Notes under the pieces: generated by a model | Databases searched by the model: none | What the model was told of the DNA's origin: nothing | The model's input: only the letters and a program-made list of their open reading frames with translations | Position numbers and translations under genes: made by a program | Assembly (NCBI GenBank): GCA_017609205.1 | Contig: JAFCEL010000001.1 | Location: 330,001-362,000, forward strand | DNA: 32,000 nt | Reading direction: 5' to 3' | Source: Candidatus Saccharimonadota bacterium | GTDB lineage: Archaea > Nanobdellota > Nanobdellia > Pacearchaeales > GW2011-AR1 | In this document: one piece after another, positions 8,737-18,077 of the stretch | How the letters are laid out: each line of letters starts with the position of its first letter | Numbering within the stretch: position 1 is the first letter of the stretch

Positions 8737-11025
8737 ATGCAGTTTGAAAAAGGTGAGAGATTATATTCTTCAAGGGTTCAAAGAGAGAGCGGTGAAGATG
8801 TATTGTATATTAATTATTTAGGGGCTCCTTATGTTCCGAGTCTTGAAAATTCCGAGGAGGTAATGGAGAGAACTATTGAGGCTTTAATTGAGAATCCGAA
8901 TGTTTCAAGAGTTGTTTTTGTTCAGCAGAAAAATTATAATTATGATTTTGAAGAGGTTTCAATGCTTCTTGAGATTTCTCATTTGTATGTTCATTTAATG
9001 AAACAGGAAAAGATTTTGTCGCATAATAAGTTAGTAACTAATTGTGAGCAGTTTTTTAATGAGAGATATAATGATATTTTTTCTTTTTTGCTATTATTGA
9101 AGAGAGACCCTGTTGCAGCTTATTTCGAGCTTAAGAAGCTTATTTTAGAAGCAAAGATTTTCCTTGAAAAAGTTGATGTGCATTGCAGAACAGATCAAGC
9201 TAATTACATTTCCCTTCTTGAGAAAGTTCTTAGGTTATTACAGAATACAAAGCTTATTCAAAAAGCAAGCAAGTATTTAGAGAATTATCGAAAAGGAGAG
9301 AGGCTTATCTATGAGAGATTATTTAATGCAGATGTTATACCCAATTTTACTTTTACCCGTCTTGTTTCTGATTTGCCAAAAGACGCAGAAATTATTGACC
9401 AGTATAAAATTCATGGAGAGGATTATGATGAGTCGATTGTAACTATTCTTAAAAAAAAGGATGAATCAAAAGTAATCTATCATATTGTTCCTCCGGAAAA
9501 TTCCCTTGAAGAAGATGCTAATTATTTATTGAATACTGCTAAAAGTGTTTTGATTGAACATCAGCCTAAAGCAGAAGAATATACTGATACTGAAAGAACA
9601 AGGCAGGTTTTTTTTAATATTTCTAAAGATTTATTGAGAGATTTGGCGAATAATAAAGGGATTAAATTGAATTATGATGAGTTAAATAAGTTAGCTATGA
9701 TCTTGGTCAGGCATACTGTTGGTTTTGGGATTGTTGAGGTTTTATTACAGGATAAAAAAATACAAGATATCTCCTTGAATGCCCCAATTCCTATGACGCC
9801 AATTTTTTTAAGGCACGAGAAGTATGGCGAATGTTTTACAAATATTCTTCCTAGCCAAGAGGATGCTAATTCATGGGCAGCTAAATTCAGAATGATTTCT
9901 GGAAGGCCTCTTGATGAGGCGAATCCTATTTTAGATACTCAGTTAGAAATTGGAAATGTAAGAGCGAGAATAGCGATTATTCAAACACCTCTGTCCCCTG
10001 GTGGGTTAGCTTATGCTATAAGAAGACACCGAGAACAACCATGGACGCTTCCACTTTTTATAAAGAATAGGATGGTCAATGATTTTACTGCTGGTTTGTT
10101 GAGTTTTTTGATTGATGGGTCAAGAACTCTTCTTGTAGCAGGAACTAGAAGTTCTGGTAAAACCTCTTTATTGGGAAGCCTTCTTTTAGAGATAATACCC
10201 AAGCATAGAATAATTGTTCTTGAAGACACTCTTGAATTGCCTGTTGAATCTTTAAGAAAATTAAATTATGATGTTCTAAGGATGAAGGTTCGTTCTGCCT
10301 TATTGAAAACCACCACAGAAGTTTCTGCTTCAGAAGGGATCAGAACTTCATTAAGATTAGGGGATAGTTCTTTAATCGTCGGTGAAATTAGAAGTGAGGA
10401 GGCAACTGCGTTGTATGAAGCAATGAGGGTTGGTGCTTTAGCAAATGTTGTTGCTGGCACAATTCATGGAGCATCACCTTATGCTGTTTTTGATAGGGTG
10501 GTTAATGATTTAAAAGTTCCGACGACAAGTTTTAAGGCAACTGATTTGATTATTGTATGCAATCCAATTAAATCTCCTGATGGACTACATTCTTGGAAGA
10601 GAGTCTTGCAGGTTGCTGAGGTCAGAAAACATTGGAATAAAGACCCTCTTGAAGAAAGGGGTTTTGTGGATTTGCTTAAATATAATGTGGATAAGGATGA
10701 ATTAGAGCCTACGGATGATTTGATTAATGGTGATAGTGAGATTATAAAAGATATTGCGGCGAATGTTAAAGGGTGGGCAGGAAATTGGGATGCTGTTTAT
10801 GATAATATTCTGCTAAGGGCTAGAATTAAAAAAGAAATTGTGGATGTTGCTGAGAAGACTAAAAATGAGAAATTGCTTGAGGCAGAATTTAATGTTTTAT
10901 CTAATCATATGTTTCATAAGATTTCCGATGATATCCGAAGAGAGATTGGTTTGCCTTTGAGGGAGAGGGTTTTTCCTGAATGGCAGAAGTGGTTGAATGA
11001 AGAGATTAAAAAAAAGAGGATTTAA
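8737..11025 (+). CDS. Type IV pilus/archaellum-family secretion ATPase (FlaI/PilB/GspE/VirB11 superfamily)
   Basis: Walker A AGTRSSGKTS, Walker B-type IIVLEDTLEL and His-box AGTIHG. Has a long N-terminal extension and is followed directly by a polytopic partner gene. Confidence 0.9.
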   Translation: MQFEKGERLYSSRVQRESGEDVLYINYLGAPYVPSLENSEEVMERTIEALIENPNVSRVVFVQQKNYNYDFEEVSMLLEISHLYVHLMKQEKILSHNKLVTNCEQFFNERYNDIFSFLLLLKRDPVAAYFELKKLILEAKIFLEKVDVHCRTDQANYISLLEKVLRLLQNTKLIQKASKYLENYRKGERLIYERLFNADVIPNFTFTRLVSDLPKDAEIIDQYKIHGEDYDESIVTILKKKDESKVIYHIVPPENSLEEDANYLLNTAKSVLIEHQPKAEEYTDTERTRQVFFNISKDLLRDLANNKGIKLNYDELNKLAMILVRHTVGFGIVEVLLQDKKIQDISLNAPIPMTPIFLRHEKYGECFTNILPSQEDANSWAAKFRMISGRPLDEANPILDTQLEIGNVRARIAIIQTPLSPGGLAYAIRRHREQPWTLPLFIKNRMVNDFTAGLLSFLIDGSRTLLVAGTRSSGKTSLLGSLLLEIIPKHRIIVLEDTLELPVESLRKLNYDVLRMKVRSALLKTTTEVSASEGIRTSLRLGDSSLIVGEIRSEEATALYEAMRVGALANVVAGTIHGASPYAVFDRVVNDLKVPTTSFKATDLIIVCNPIKSPDGLHSWKRVLQVAEVRKHWNKDPLEERGFVDLLKYNVDKDELEPTDDLINGDSEIIKDIAANVKGWAGNWDAVYDNILLRARIKKEIVDVAEKTKNEKLLEAEFNVLSNHMFHKISDDIRREIGLPLRERVFPEWQKWLNEEIKKKRI

Positions 11026-11039
11026 GGAAGATTTATTAA

Positions 11040-13235
11040 TTGTTTTCTCTTTTTATTTCTGAAAAGATGGTGTCAAATAAGAAATCTGTTCAAGATATCC
11101 TGAGGGAGCATTCTGCAAGAATCGAGAAGCAAATTAATACAAGTAATATTAATGAGTCGAGTTATAGTGGAGATTATTTAAGGTTTAAGCAGGAGAGAAT
11201 ACCTGAATTAACAAGGTATGAGAAATGGTGTAAAAGTCTTGGGAATATTTTTAGATTAAAAATATCAGAGAAGGATAAATCACGGGTAAGAAAAAATCTG
11301 AACATCGCACATTTGGATGTTGAACCAGAGCAAGCACTTACACTTAGTATTGTGTCCTTTGTAGGAATTCTTCTTTTTGGATTGTTAATCTCTGTTGCAG
11401 TTGTTTTAATTAGAGGAGATCTGTCTTCTTTTCCTATTTTATTTTTTATTCTTGTAATTATTTTGTCTTTGTTTATCTTTTACTTTACGAAAAATTATCC
11501 TGCGAGACTTGCGAATAAGTGGAGACTAAAAGCTTCGTCGCAGATGGTTCCTGCAATCTTGTACATTGTTGTTTATATGAGGCATACACCTAATCTTGAA
11601 AAAGCGATTGCTTTTGCTTCAGAGCATCTTCAGCCACCTTTGGCACTTGACTTAAAGAAAGTTTTTTATGATGTTTCTATCGGAAGGTTTTCAACAATAA
11701 AGGAAAGTCTGGATTTTTATCTTGAGACTTGGAGGGATTATTCCCCTGAGTTTATAGAATCCTTTCACTTGATTGAAAGTAGCTTATTTGAACCAGATAA
11801 TAACAGAAGAATCTTGATTCTTGAGAAATCCTTGCAGGTTGTTCTCGACGGAGTTTATGATAAGATGTTGAAATTTACTCATAATGTTCGCTCTCCTTTG
11901 ACAAATGTTTATATGTTAGGTGTTGTTCTTCCAACGTTGGGGCTTGCTCTTCTTCCTCTTGCTTCTGCAATGATTGGAGGATTGATTAAATGGCATCATA
12001 TTTTTCTTTTGTTCAATCTTATTGTTCCTTTTTTTGTTTTTTACCTCACAGATAAGATTATGTTTTTAAGACCAGGAGGTTATGGAGAGACGACTTTATT
12101 AGAGAGGAATCCTCTTTATCCAAAATATAAAAGTAAGAAACCTTATCTCATTGCCTTTTTTGTTTGCCTGCCTTTTTTAGTTTTAGGGTTTCTTCCTTTT
12201 ATTTTTCAGTATACCCCTATTCCTTCTTTAGTAGGGCTTCAGAAGGATTATACTCTTGAACAGGTAGGTCTTGGGTTTTTTGGAAAGGATTACCTTTTTG
12301 ATTTTAAGGAATCATCTTCAGGGGTTGTAGGACCTTTTGGTATTCTTGCACTTATTCTTAGTTTTTTTATTCCAATAGGAATAGCTTTATTTTTTGCGAT
12401 TTCTTTTAAGATGAAAACAGAGGAATTGATTGTTGAAAGAGAAAAAACTCGTGAATTAGAAAAAGAATTTAATAATTCTCTTTTTCAGTTGGGAAATAGA
12501 ATTGGTAATGGAATTCCCCCTGAATTAGTATTTGGAAAGGTTGCTGAATCTGCAAAAGGCCTTAGAACAGAGGATTTATTTCGAAGAATTAATTACAATA
12601 TTCAACAAATGGGTATGAGTGTTGAGAAAGCTGTTTTTGATAAAAATCGTGGGGTCTTAATTTATTATCCTTCTGATTTGATTGCAACTTCTATGAGGAT
12701 TCTTATTGAATCTTCTAAAAAAGGATTAAATATTGCTGCAGTGAGTTTGATGAGCATTTCTCAATATGTTAAGAATATCCAGAAGATTACTGAGAGATTA
12801 AAGGATATGCTTGCAGAAATTGTTTCTGATATGAAAAGCAATATGACTTTTCTTGCTCCACTTCTTTCTGGAATTGTCGTAGGGTTGGCTATGATGATGA
12901 CATCGATTCTTAATAAGCTTAATTTTTCTACTCTTGGTGGAGGAGAAGGTTCTCTTGGAATTGGGAGTCTTGGGACGATTCTTCAGATTTTTGATGTAAC
13001 GAGGATGATTCCCCCTTATTATCTTCAAATTATTGTGGGTATTTATCTTATTGAAATCATATTTATCCTAACAGGAGCCCTTGTTACAATTAACTCGGGT
13101 GAAGATAAACTTGAGAGAACAAACAAAGCAGGAGGAAATTTTATGAGGGGAATTTTATTATATTCTCTTACAGCCTTTTTTGCATCAATTGCTCTTTTTG
13201 CTTTAACTTCAATTGTTCTTGGAAATTTATTCTAG
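11040..13235 (+). CDS. FlaJ/PilC/TadC-like polytopic platform protein
   Basis: 731-aa ORF with two clusters of transmembrane helices separated by soluble regions. It sits directly after the ATPase, as in archaeal type IV pilus loci. The start is TTG 11040 or ATG 11067. Confidence 0.7.
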   Translation: MFSLFISEKMVSNKKSVQDILREHSARIEKQINTSNINESSYSGDYLRFKQERIPELTRYEKWCKSLGNIFRLKISEKDKSRVRKNLNIAHLDVEPEQALTLSIVSFVGILLFGLLISVAVVLIRGDLSSFPILFFILVIILSLFIFYFTKNYPARLANKWRLKASSQMVPAILYIVVYMRHTPNLEKAIAFASEHLQPPLALDLKKVFYDVSIGRFSTIKESLDFYLETWRDYSPEFIESFHLIESSLFEPDNNRRILILEKSLQVVLDGVYDKMLKFTHNVRSPLTNVYMLGVVLPTLGLALLPLASAMIGGLIKWHHIFLLFNLIVPFFVFYLTDKIMFLRPGGYGETTLLERNPLYPKYKSKKPYLIAFFVCLPFLVLGFLPFIFQYTPIPSLVGLQKDYTLEQVGLGFFGKDYLFDFKESSSGVVGPFGILALILSFFIPIGIALFFAISFKMKTEELIVEREKTRELEKEFNNSLFQLGNRIGNGIPPELVFGKVAESAKGLRTEDLFRRINYNIQQMGMSVEKAVFDKNRGVLIYYPSDLIATSMRILIESSKKGLNIAAVSLMSISQYVKNIQKITERLKDMLAEIVSDMKSNMTFLAPLLSGIVVGLAMMMTSILNKLNFSTLGGGEGSLGIGSLGTILQIFDVTRMIPPYYLQIIVGIYLIEIIFILTGALVTINSGEDKLERTNKAGGNFMRGILLYSLTAFFASIALFALTSIVLGNLF

Positions 13236-13271
13236 CAGAAGTTTTATTAATAACAGATTTGTTTTAGAGTT

Positions 13272-13436
13272 ATGAAGTTTTTTTGTAAAAAAGGTGATGT
13301 TGAGACTAGTCAGCTAATAGGATGGGCCATTGCTATTGGCGTCTTTATTATTTTCTTCCTTTTTTTTATTAAGGGTGGAGAATGGGGGAAAGGAGCTGTT
13401 GATTTTGTAAGAAATCTTGTGAGGTTTGGAAGATGA
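13272..13436 (+). CDS. Mini prepilin-like protein (54 aa), not in ORF track
   Basis: MKFFCKKG|DVETSQLIGWAIAIGVFIIFFLFFI...: basic N-region, Gly, then a hydrophobic helix. Its TGA overlaps the next gene's ATG (ATGA at 13433-13436). Similar to the 42-aa ORF at 15104. Confidence 0.6.
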   Translation: MKFFCKKGDVETSQLIGWAIAIGVFIIFFLFFIKGGEWGKGAVDFVRNLVRFGR

Positions 13437-14194
13437 AATGTAAGAAAGCGAGTATTGCAACTGATAAACCAATTATTTTGATAATAGGGCTTGTTGTTCT
13501 TGTGATTATTCTTAGTTTTATTTTCTTATTTGATCCTGACAAGGTTTTTGCCTTTTTTCCTGATTTTTCTTCTGCAAATGAGGATGTGGATGCAGATATT
13601 GGAAATATAGATTATTATTTATCTGAGTCTGCTTATATTGGTGTAGAATTCTTGGATTTTAAGGAGAGGAGTGAAGAGGAACTTTTAGAAGAAATGGATT
13701 ATGGGGAGAATGTGTTAAAAAAATGTTTTTGTGGTAAGGATTGTGAAGATTATGCAATGTGGATTGTGAAGTATTCTAAAGAGAATGATATCCCTGATCC
13801 CTTGCTTTTGTTGTCTATTATGATGCAGGAGAGTTCTTGCAAAAAAGACGCTTCTTCAGGAAGTTCTTTTGGCCTAATGCAAGTGAATTTAGTTCATTGT
13901 GGAAATTATGGTTTACCTGAAGATAAGGAAGAATGCAAAAAAATTCTTTTGGAAAATCCTGAGCAAAATATCAGGGTTGGTGCAAGGATTTTGAGAGATT
14001 CTTATAATATTTATCATAAAGGAAAGGTCTTTTCTAATGCATGTACAAAGGAATATCAAAAAGTTTTTTACAATGATTGGAAAGCAGCGATTAGAGGTTA
14101 TAATGGATGGGGGTGTGATAAGAATTATCCTCAGCAAGATAAATATGTGGAGGAGGTTGTTGCAAAATATAATCTTTTGTATAATATAAAATGA
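13433..14194 (+). CDS. Prepilin-like N-terminus fused to a lytic transglycosylase (SLT) domain
   Basis: N-terminus MKCKKASIATDKPIILIIGLVVLVIILSFIFLF. SLT motifs SIMMQESSC (catalytic E-S), FGLMQV and AAIRGYNGWG. Confidence 0.8.
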   Translation: MKCKKASIATDKPIILIIGLVVLVIILSFIFLFDPDKVFAFFPDFSSANEDVDADIGNIDYYLSESAYIGVEFLDFKERSEEELLEEMDYGENVLKKCFCGKDCEDYAMWIVKYSKENDIPDPLLLLSIMMQESSCKKDASSGSSFGLMQVNLVHCGNYGLPEDKEECKKILLENPEQNIRVGARILRDSYNIYHKGKVFSNACTKEYQKVFYNDWKAAIRGYNGWGCDKNYPQQDKYVEEVVAKYNLLYNIK

Positions 14195-15093
14195 ACAATC
14201 ACGGTGATATAACATTAAAAGAATTTCTTGGAATAGCCATATTTATTATTGCAACACTTGTATTCTTTTTCCCCTTAGTTGGGAAATCCTGGGCAGTATT
14301 CAAAGGTGTTTCTGACAAGGAAAAATCAGATGTGAAACTTAATTTAATTTTTGAGAAGGTAGAGAAGATGGTTAGCGAGAATATTTCAGAGGATAGAAGC
14401 ATTCTCCTTGATTCTCCTAGAAATTGGTTTTTAGTGGGTTCTGGGGATAAGTTGTGTATTTGTAAAAATCTTGCAAAAGATGATGAGAATCAAGAGGAAG
14501 TTTGTAAAAGATATGGGGGAGTTTGTTCTGAGATGAGTTATGCTTTTAAAGTCGATTCTTATGAAGTGGATAATTCTAGAATGCAGGCAATTGTTGGGCG
14601 ACAATACGCTATAAAATTCGAAGTAAATAATTTTCTTGTAATAAGAAAAGATAAAAATAATTCTTTTATTTTTAGACCAAGTTCTGCTGAAACTGAACTG
14701 AATGATTTGTTGATGGATTATTTAGGTTCTAAGATTATTTACAACGGAAAACAGCAGACAATAGGTGAGTTTGTTAAGGACGCTTGTGAGAATCCAGAAT
14801 TATTCTATGAGAAATTATTTGAAAAGCATTTTTATAGTTTTTTTAATAGTGAAAAAATCCCTGAAGGGGAGCATATTAGAGTTGAATTTGGAAATCGATT
14901 GAGTCTTGGAAGCGAGAACTATGGGTTAATAAGTTCAGTTACTCTTCGAGAGATAAATTATCCTAAGGATTCACAATTTTCTAATAATTTTGTTCCTAAT
15001 GGAAAGTTTTCCACTAAACTTCCAACGACTTATGAGATTTTAAATGATGATTGTGTAGTTTATTTAACTTCCACAACAGGCAATCTAAATTAG
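14191..15093 (+). CDS. Prepilin-like protein (300 aa)
   Basis: MNNHG|DITLKEFLGIAIFIIATLVFFFPLV. ATGA overlap with the upstream gene. No other domain recognised. Confidence 0.6.
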   Translation: MNNHGDITLKEFLGIAIFIIATLVFFFPLVGKSWAVFKGVSDKEKSDVKLNLIFEKVEKMVSENISEDRSILLDSPRNWFLVGSGDKLCICKNLAKDDENQEEVCKRYGGVCSEMSYAFKVDSYEVDNSRMQAIVGRQYAIKFEVNNFLVIRKDKNNSFIFRPSSAETELNDLLMDYLGSKIIYNGKQQTIGEFVKDACENPELFYEKLFEKHFYSFFNSEKIPEGEHIRVEFGNRLSLGSENYGLISSVTLREINYPKDSQFSNNFVPNGKFSTKLPTTYEILNDDCVVYLTSTTGNLN

Positions 15094-15103
15094 AAAAAAT
15101 AAA

Positions 15104-15232
15104 ATGGTAAAAAAATTAGATAGAAAAGGTGAAATTTCAGAAATTCATTTTATTGACTGGTTATTATGGCTTGTTTTAGGCGTGATCCTTTTTGCAATAG
15201 TTTTTTATTTAAAAAAAAGGTTGTTTAATTAA
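15104..15232 (+). CDS. Mini prepilin-like protein (42 aa), not in ORF track
   Basis: MVKKLDRKG|EISEIHFIDWLLWLVLGVILFAIVFYLKKRLFN. Its stop is 1 nt before the next ATG (15234). Pattern KG-[DE]-[VI]-x-[ET]-x3-I-x-W is shared with the 13272 ORF. Confidence 0.55.
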   Translation: MVKKLDRKGEISEIHFIDWLLWLVLGVILFAIVFYLKKRLFN

Positions 15233-15233
15233 G

Positions 15234-16121
15234 ATGGAGAAGAGAGGATCGATTGTTGCAAACAAATTTGTGGGGATAGCTCTTTTAATTGCAGGGGCTA
15301 TGTTGATTATAGGATTTTTTTATTTTATAGATTGGGAAAAAGAAATTAGTCGCGAAGCATGTCACGAGTCAGTTATTGTTAGGGGAACACTACCAGACAC
15401 TTTTGAGTTTAAGAATCTTCCTTCGTTAAATTGTCAGACAAAAAGAATTTGTATTACTGATAAGCTGTTTGGGAAAGGAGATTGTGGTTATACTTCTTCA
15501 GATAATCCTGAGACAATAAGGGTTTCAAGTATTGCAGAGAAACAGGATAAAGAGATAAATAAAATCTTTGCAAGGGAAATGGCTGACTGCTGGGCAATGA
15601 TGGGTGAAGGAAAATTACAGATATTTACAAGGAATACTATTACAAAAAAGAGATGTTCTATTTGTACAATAATCTCTTTTGATGATGATTTAAGGAAAAA
15701 ACGAGATGTTATCTATGGTTTAGGTGATTATCTTATGACAAAACAGGTTCCTGGGAAAGAGCAGTCTTATGCTTTATTTTTAAAATTAAATAGAACTGAC
15801 TTAGAGAATCTGAATGGGATAACGACTAAAAGAAAGGCAATTTTATTCTTTGAAGTAGATAAATCTGATTTTTTAGAAAAAGGAGGCTTTGTTGTTGGGG
15901 GCATTGCTGGTTTTGTATTGGGAAAATTTGGAGGAAAACTTGCAAGTGTTGTAACAACAAAAACACTTTTTGCCATTGGGACTCTTGTTGGATATTCTGC
16001 GGGAGGTGTTGTTCAGGAAAAGATTTCTGAAGCAGATTATCTTTCTGGACATTCTCTTATTGATTATGACGAGGAACACTTAAAAGGGTTAGAGTGCGAT
16101 TCTATGGAAAGTCTCTCTTAG
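15234..16121 (+). CDS. Prepilin-like protein with a C-terminal glycine-zipper hydrophobic segment
   Basis: MEKRG|SIVANKFVGIALLIAGAMLIIGFFYF at the N-terminus. GGFVVGGIAGFVLGKFGGKLASVV...GTLVGYSAGGVV lies near the C-terminus. Several Cys in between. Confidence 0.6.
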   Translation: MEKRGSIVANKFVGIALLIAGAMLIIGFFYFIDWEKEISREACHESVIVRGTLPDTFEFKNLPSLNCQTKRICITDKLFGKGDCGYTSSDNPETIRVSSIAEKQDKEINKIFAREMADCWAMMGEGKLQIFTRNTITKKRCSICTIISFDDDLRKKRDVIYGLGDYLMTKQVPGKEQSYALFLKLNRTDLENLNGITTKRKAILFFEVDKSDFLEKGGFVVGGIAGFVLGKFGGKLASVVTTKTLFAIGTLVGYSAGGVVQEKISEADYLSGHSLIDYDEEHLKGLECDSMESLS

Positions 16122-16155
16122 TTAAATTTATAACTTTTCATTATTTATTGTTCTT

Positions 16156-16545
16156 ATGAAAAATAAAAGAGGGGATTTTGTTTTTGGCTATATTGTTACT
16201 ATTGCTGTTACTATAATCTTTTTTGTTATTTGTTTTGTTTTTTTATCAAGGGCATCAAGTGGGGCTGCAGTTTATGAGCAGGCATATTCAAAACAAATCG
16301 CTTTGATTATTGATAATGCAAGACCAAACACTATTTTTGAAATAGATTTTAGTGAAGGTATTGAATATCTTGAAAAAGAAAGAAAAAAGACACTAAGTAA
16401 TTCTGAAAAAAATTCTCTTGTTAAGATAGAAAATAATGAGGTAATTGTATCCCTCTCACAAGAAGGTTATTCCTCTGTTTTTTTTAGTGATTATGACGTT
16501 AGTTCCTCTTTTAATGAAAATAAACTTGTTTTGGTTGTAACATAA
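16156..16545 (+). CDS. Prepilin-like protein (129 aa)
   Basis: MKNKRG|DFVFGYIVTIAVTIIFFVICFVFL followed by a small soluble domain. Confidence 0.65.
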   Translation: MKNKRGDFVFGYIVTIAVTIIFFVICFVFLSRASSGAAVYEQAYSKQIALIIDNARPNTIFEIDFSEGIEYLEKERKKTLSNSEKNSLVKIENNEVIVSLSQEGYSSVFFSDYDVSSSFNENKLVLVVT

Positions 16546-16546
16546 A

Positions 16547-17038
16547 ATGAACAAAAAAGGAGAGAGAATTTTTTCAGTATGGTGGGTTCTTAGCATTGTC
16601 TTTATTAGTGTTGTTTTTGCAGGTGCAGTTTATATGATTTATTCAACAGACGTTAACATTCGTGATGAAGAATCAAAGATTCTGTATGAGAGAATTTATG
16701 ATTGTATTATTGAAAATGGTTATGTTTCTGAGGATTTTTTGAAGAATGATTTTGATATTTTTTCTGTGTGTAAATTGAATAAGAATCTTTTTTCAGAAGG
16801 ATTATTTGCATTTAGTATTTCTCTTTATGATGAAAATGATAATCTTGTTCAGGATAAATTCACAACTGGTTTTTCTGATATCTCTGAGAGATGTGTTTAT
16901 TCGAGAAGTTCAAAAAATTCTCCCACCTGCTTTGATAAAAAGTCTCTTGTTTTCTATTTTGATTCAAATAAAATCAGAAAGGGTTATCTTGAGATTCTTA
17001 CTGTTTCGAATAATTTTGAAAAGGGAGGTAGCAGATGA
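16547..17038 (+). CDS. Prepilin-like protein (163 aa)
   Basis: MNKKG|ERIFSVWWVLSIVFISVVFAGAVYMIY. Starts 1 nt after the previous stop. Confidence 0.65.
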   Translation: MNKKGERIFSVWWVLSIVFISVVFAGAVYMIYSTDVNIRDEESKILYERIYDCIIENGYVSEDFLKNDFDIFSVCKLNKNLFSEGLFAFSISLYDENDNLVQDKFTTGFSDISERCVYSRSSKNSPTCFDKKSLVFYFDSNKIRKGYLEILTVSNNFEKGGSR

Positions 17039-17577
17039 TATTGAGAAATAAGTGCGGTGGAATTCCGGAATCATTTTCTTGGTTTGTTGGTTTTTTAATA
17101 ATAATCTTTTTTTGTATTTTATTTCTTGCAGGAGTTTCATATTCAAAAGCAAAAAGTATTCCTCTTTCTTTTGGGGTTGGGGGCAATAATGTTGAAGGAT
17201 TTGGTGAAGGGGGTTGTGAGAAGGCCCTGAGTGAAGCCCTTATTAAGTTTGTCAATTATCCAGTAGCCCTTGAAAACGATTATAAGACTATTAAGGAATT
17301 TATTTCTGAAGATAATTTGTCGGATAATTTGTTCAAGGATTCTTCTGACGAGGTTTTTTCATCTTCCTTTCCAAAAAGTAGTTGGAAAGGTGGAGAGCCT
17401 CCTTGGTGGATAAAGGTTTATGGGTCTGATGGAAAAGAGATTTTTAGTAATGGGGGACGAATCTGCGAGTCAAAAGAGGAAGGTATTTATGAGCCAAGAG
17501 AAGATATTGTTTATGAGGTTTTAATTAAAGATAAGAAGGTTGTTGCGTGTTTGCTTAGAACATATTGTTCAGACTAA
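17035..17577 (+). CDS. Prepilin-like protein (180 aa)
   Basis: MILRNKCGG|IPESFSWFVGFLIIIFFCILFLAGV. ATGA overlap with the upstream gene. Confidence 0.6.
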   Translation: MILRNKCGGIPESFSWFVGFLIIIFFCILFLAGVSYSKAKSIPLSFGVGGNNVEGFGEGGCEKALSEALIKFVNYPVALENDYKTIKEFISEDNLSDNLFKDSSDEVFSSSFPKSSWKGGEPPWWIKVYGSDGKEIFSNGGRICESKEEGIYEPREDIVYEVLIKDKKVVACLLRTYCSD

Positions 17578-17578
17578 G

Positions 17579-18043
17579 ATGAAATCAAAAAATAATGCAG
17601 GAGTGATTGATGTTGTTGTAGTTGTTATGCTTTTTTTCGCATTAGTAGTTTCTTCTTTATTTGTTTTTTCAATGAGTTTTTCAAAGGCAAAAGTGAAAAT
17701 TTATGATTATCAGTTTATTGACGGTTTTTATGCAAAAGAGAAAATTGCAAAATATTATATTTTAGATGCAGGTCAAAAAGCAAAAAAGAAGATAAAAACT
17801 TTTTCTGATAAAGATGCTGTGAGAATTAATTTTATTTCTTATTTTAAGACTATTTTTTCTAACTATTCTTTTGATGAAGATTATTTAATCGAGCTTCAGA
17901 ATTCTGTGGAAAAAGATAATTTTGAGGTCGTTGTTGACGACGAGAAAATAATTATCAATGTTTATATGGAAATAAGTGGTTCGACAAGGAGTTTGAAAAT
18001 TATTTATCGTCCTGTGATTATAGAAGAATTTTATCTAGATTAA
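17579..18043 (+). CDS. Prepilin-like protein (154 aa)
   Basis: ATG at 17579 gives MKSKNNAG|VIDVVVVVMLFFALVVSSLFVF, 1 nt after the upstream stop. The track's alternative (non-ATG) start at 17540 would overlap the upstream gene by 38 nt. Confidence 0.6.
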   Translation: MKSKNNAGVIDVVVVVMLFFALVVSSLFVFSMSFSKAKVKIYDYQFIDGFYAKEKIAKYYILDAGQKAKKKIKTFSDKDAVRINFISYFKTIFSNYSFDEDYLIELQNSVEKDNFEVVVDDEKIIINVYMEISGSTRSLKIIYRPVIIEEFYLD

Positions 18044-18057
18044 AAACATTTATAAAT
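18042..18057 (+). promoter_or_regulatory. BRE/TATA-like promoter element of the Cys-rich prepilin-like gene (aaaaacatttataaat)
   Basis: Same 16-mer as at 27896-27911, ending about 21 nt upstream of ATG 18078. It lies in the only spacer over 30 nt inside the pilin gene string. Confidence 0.5.
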
Positions 18058-18077
18058 CTTATCTAATTAATAGAGAT

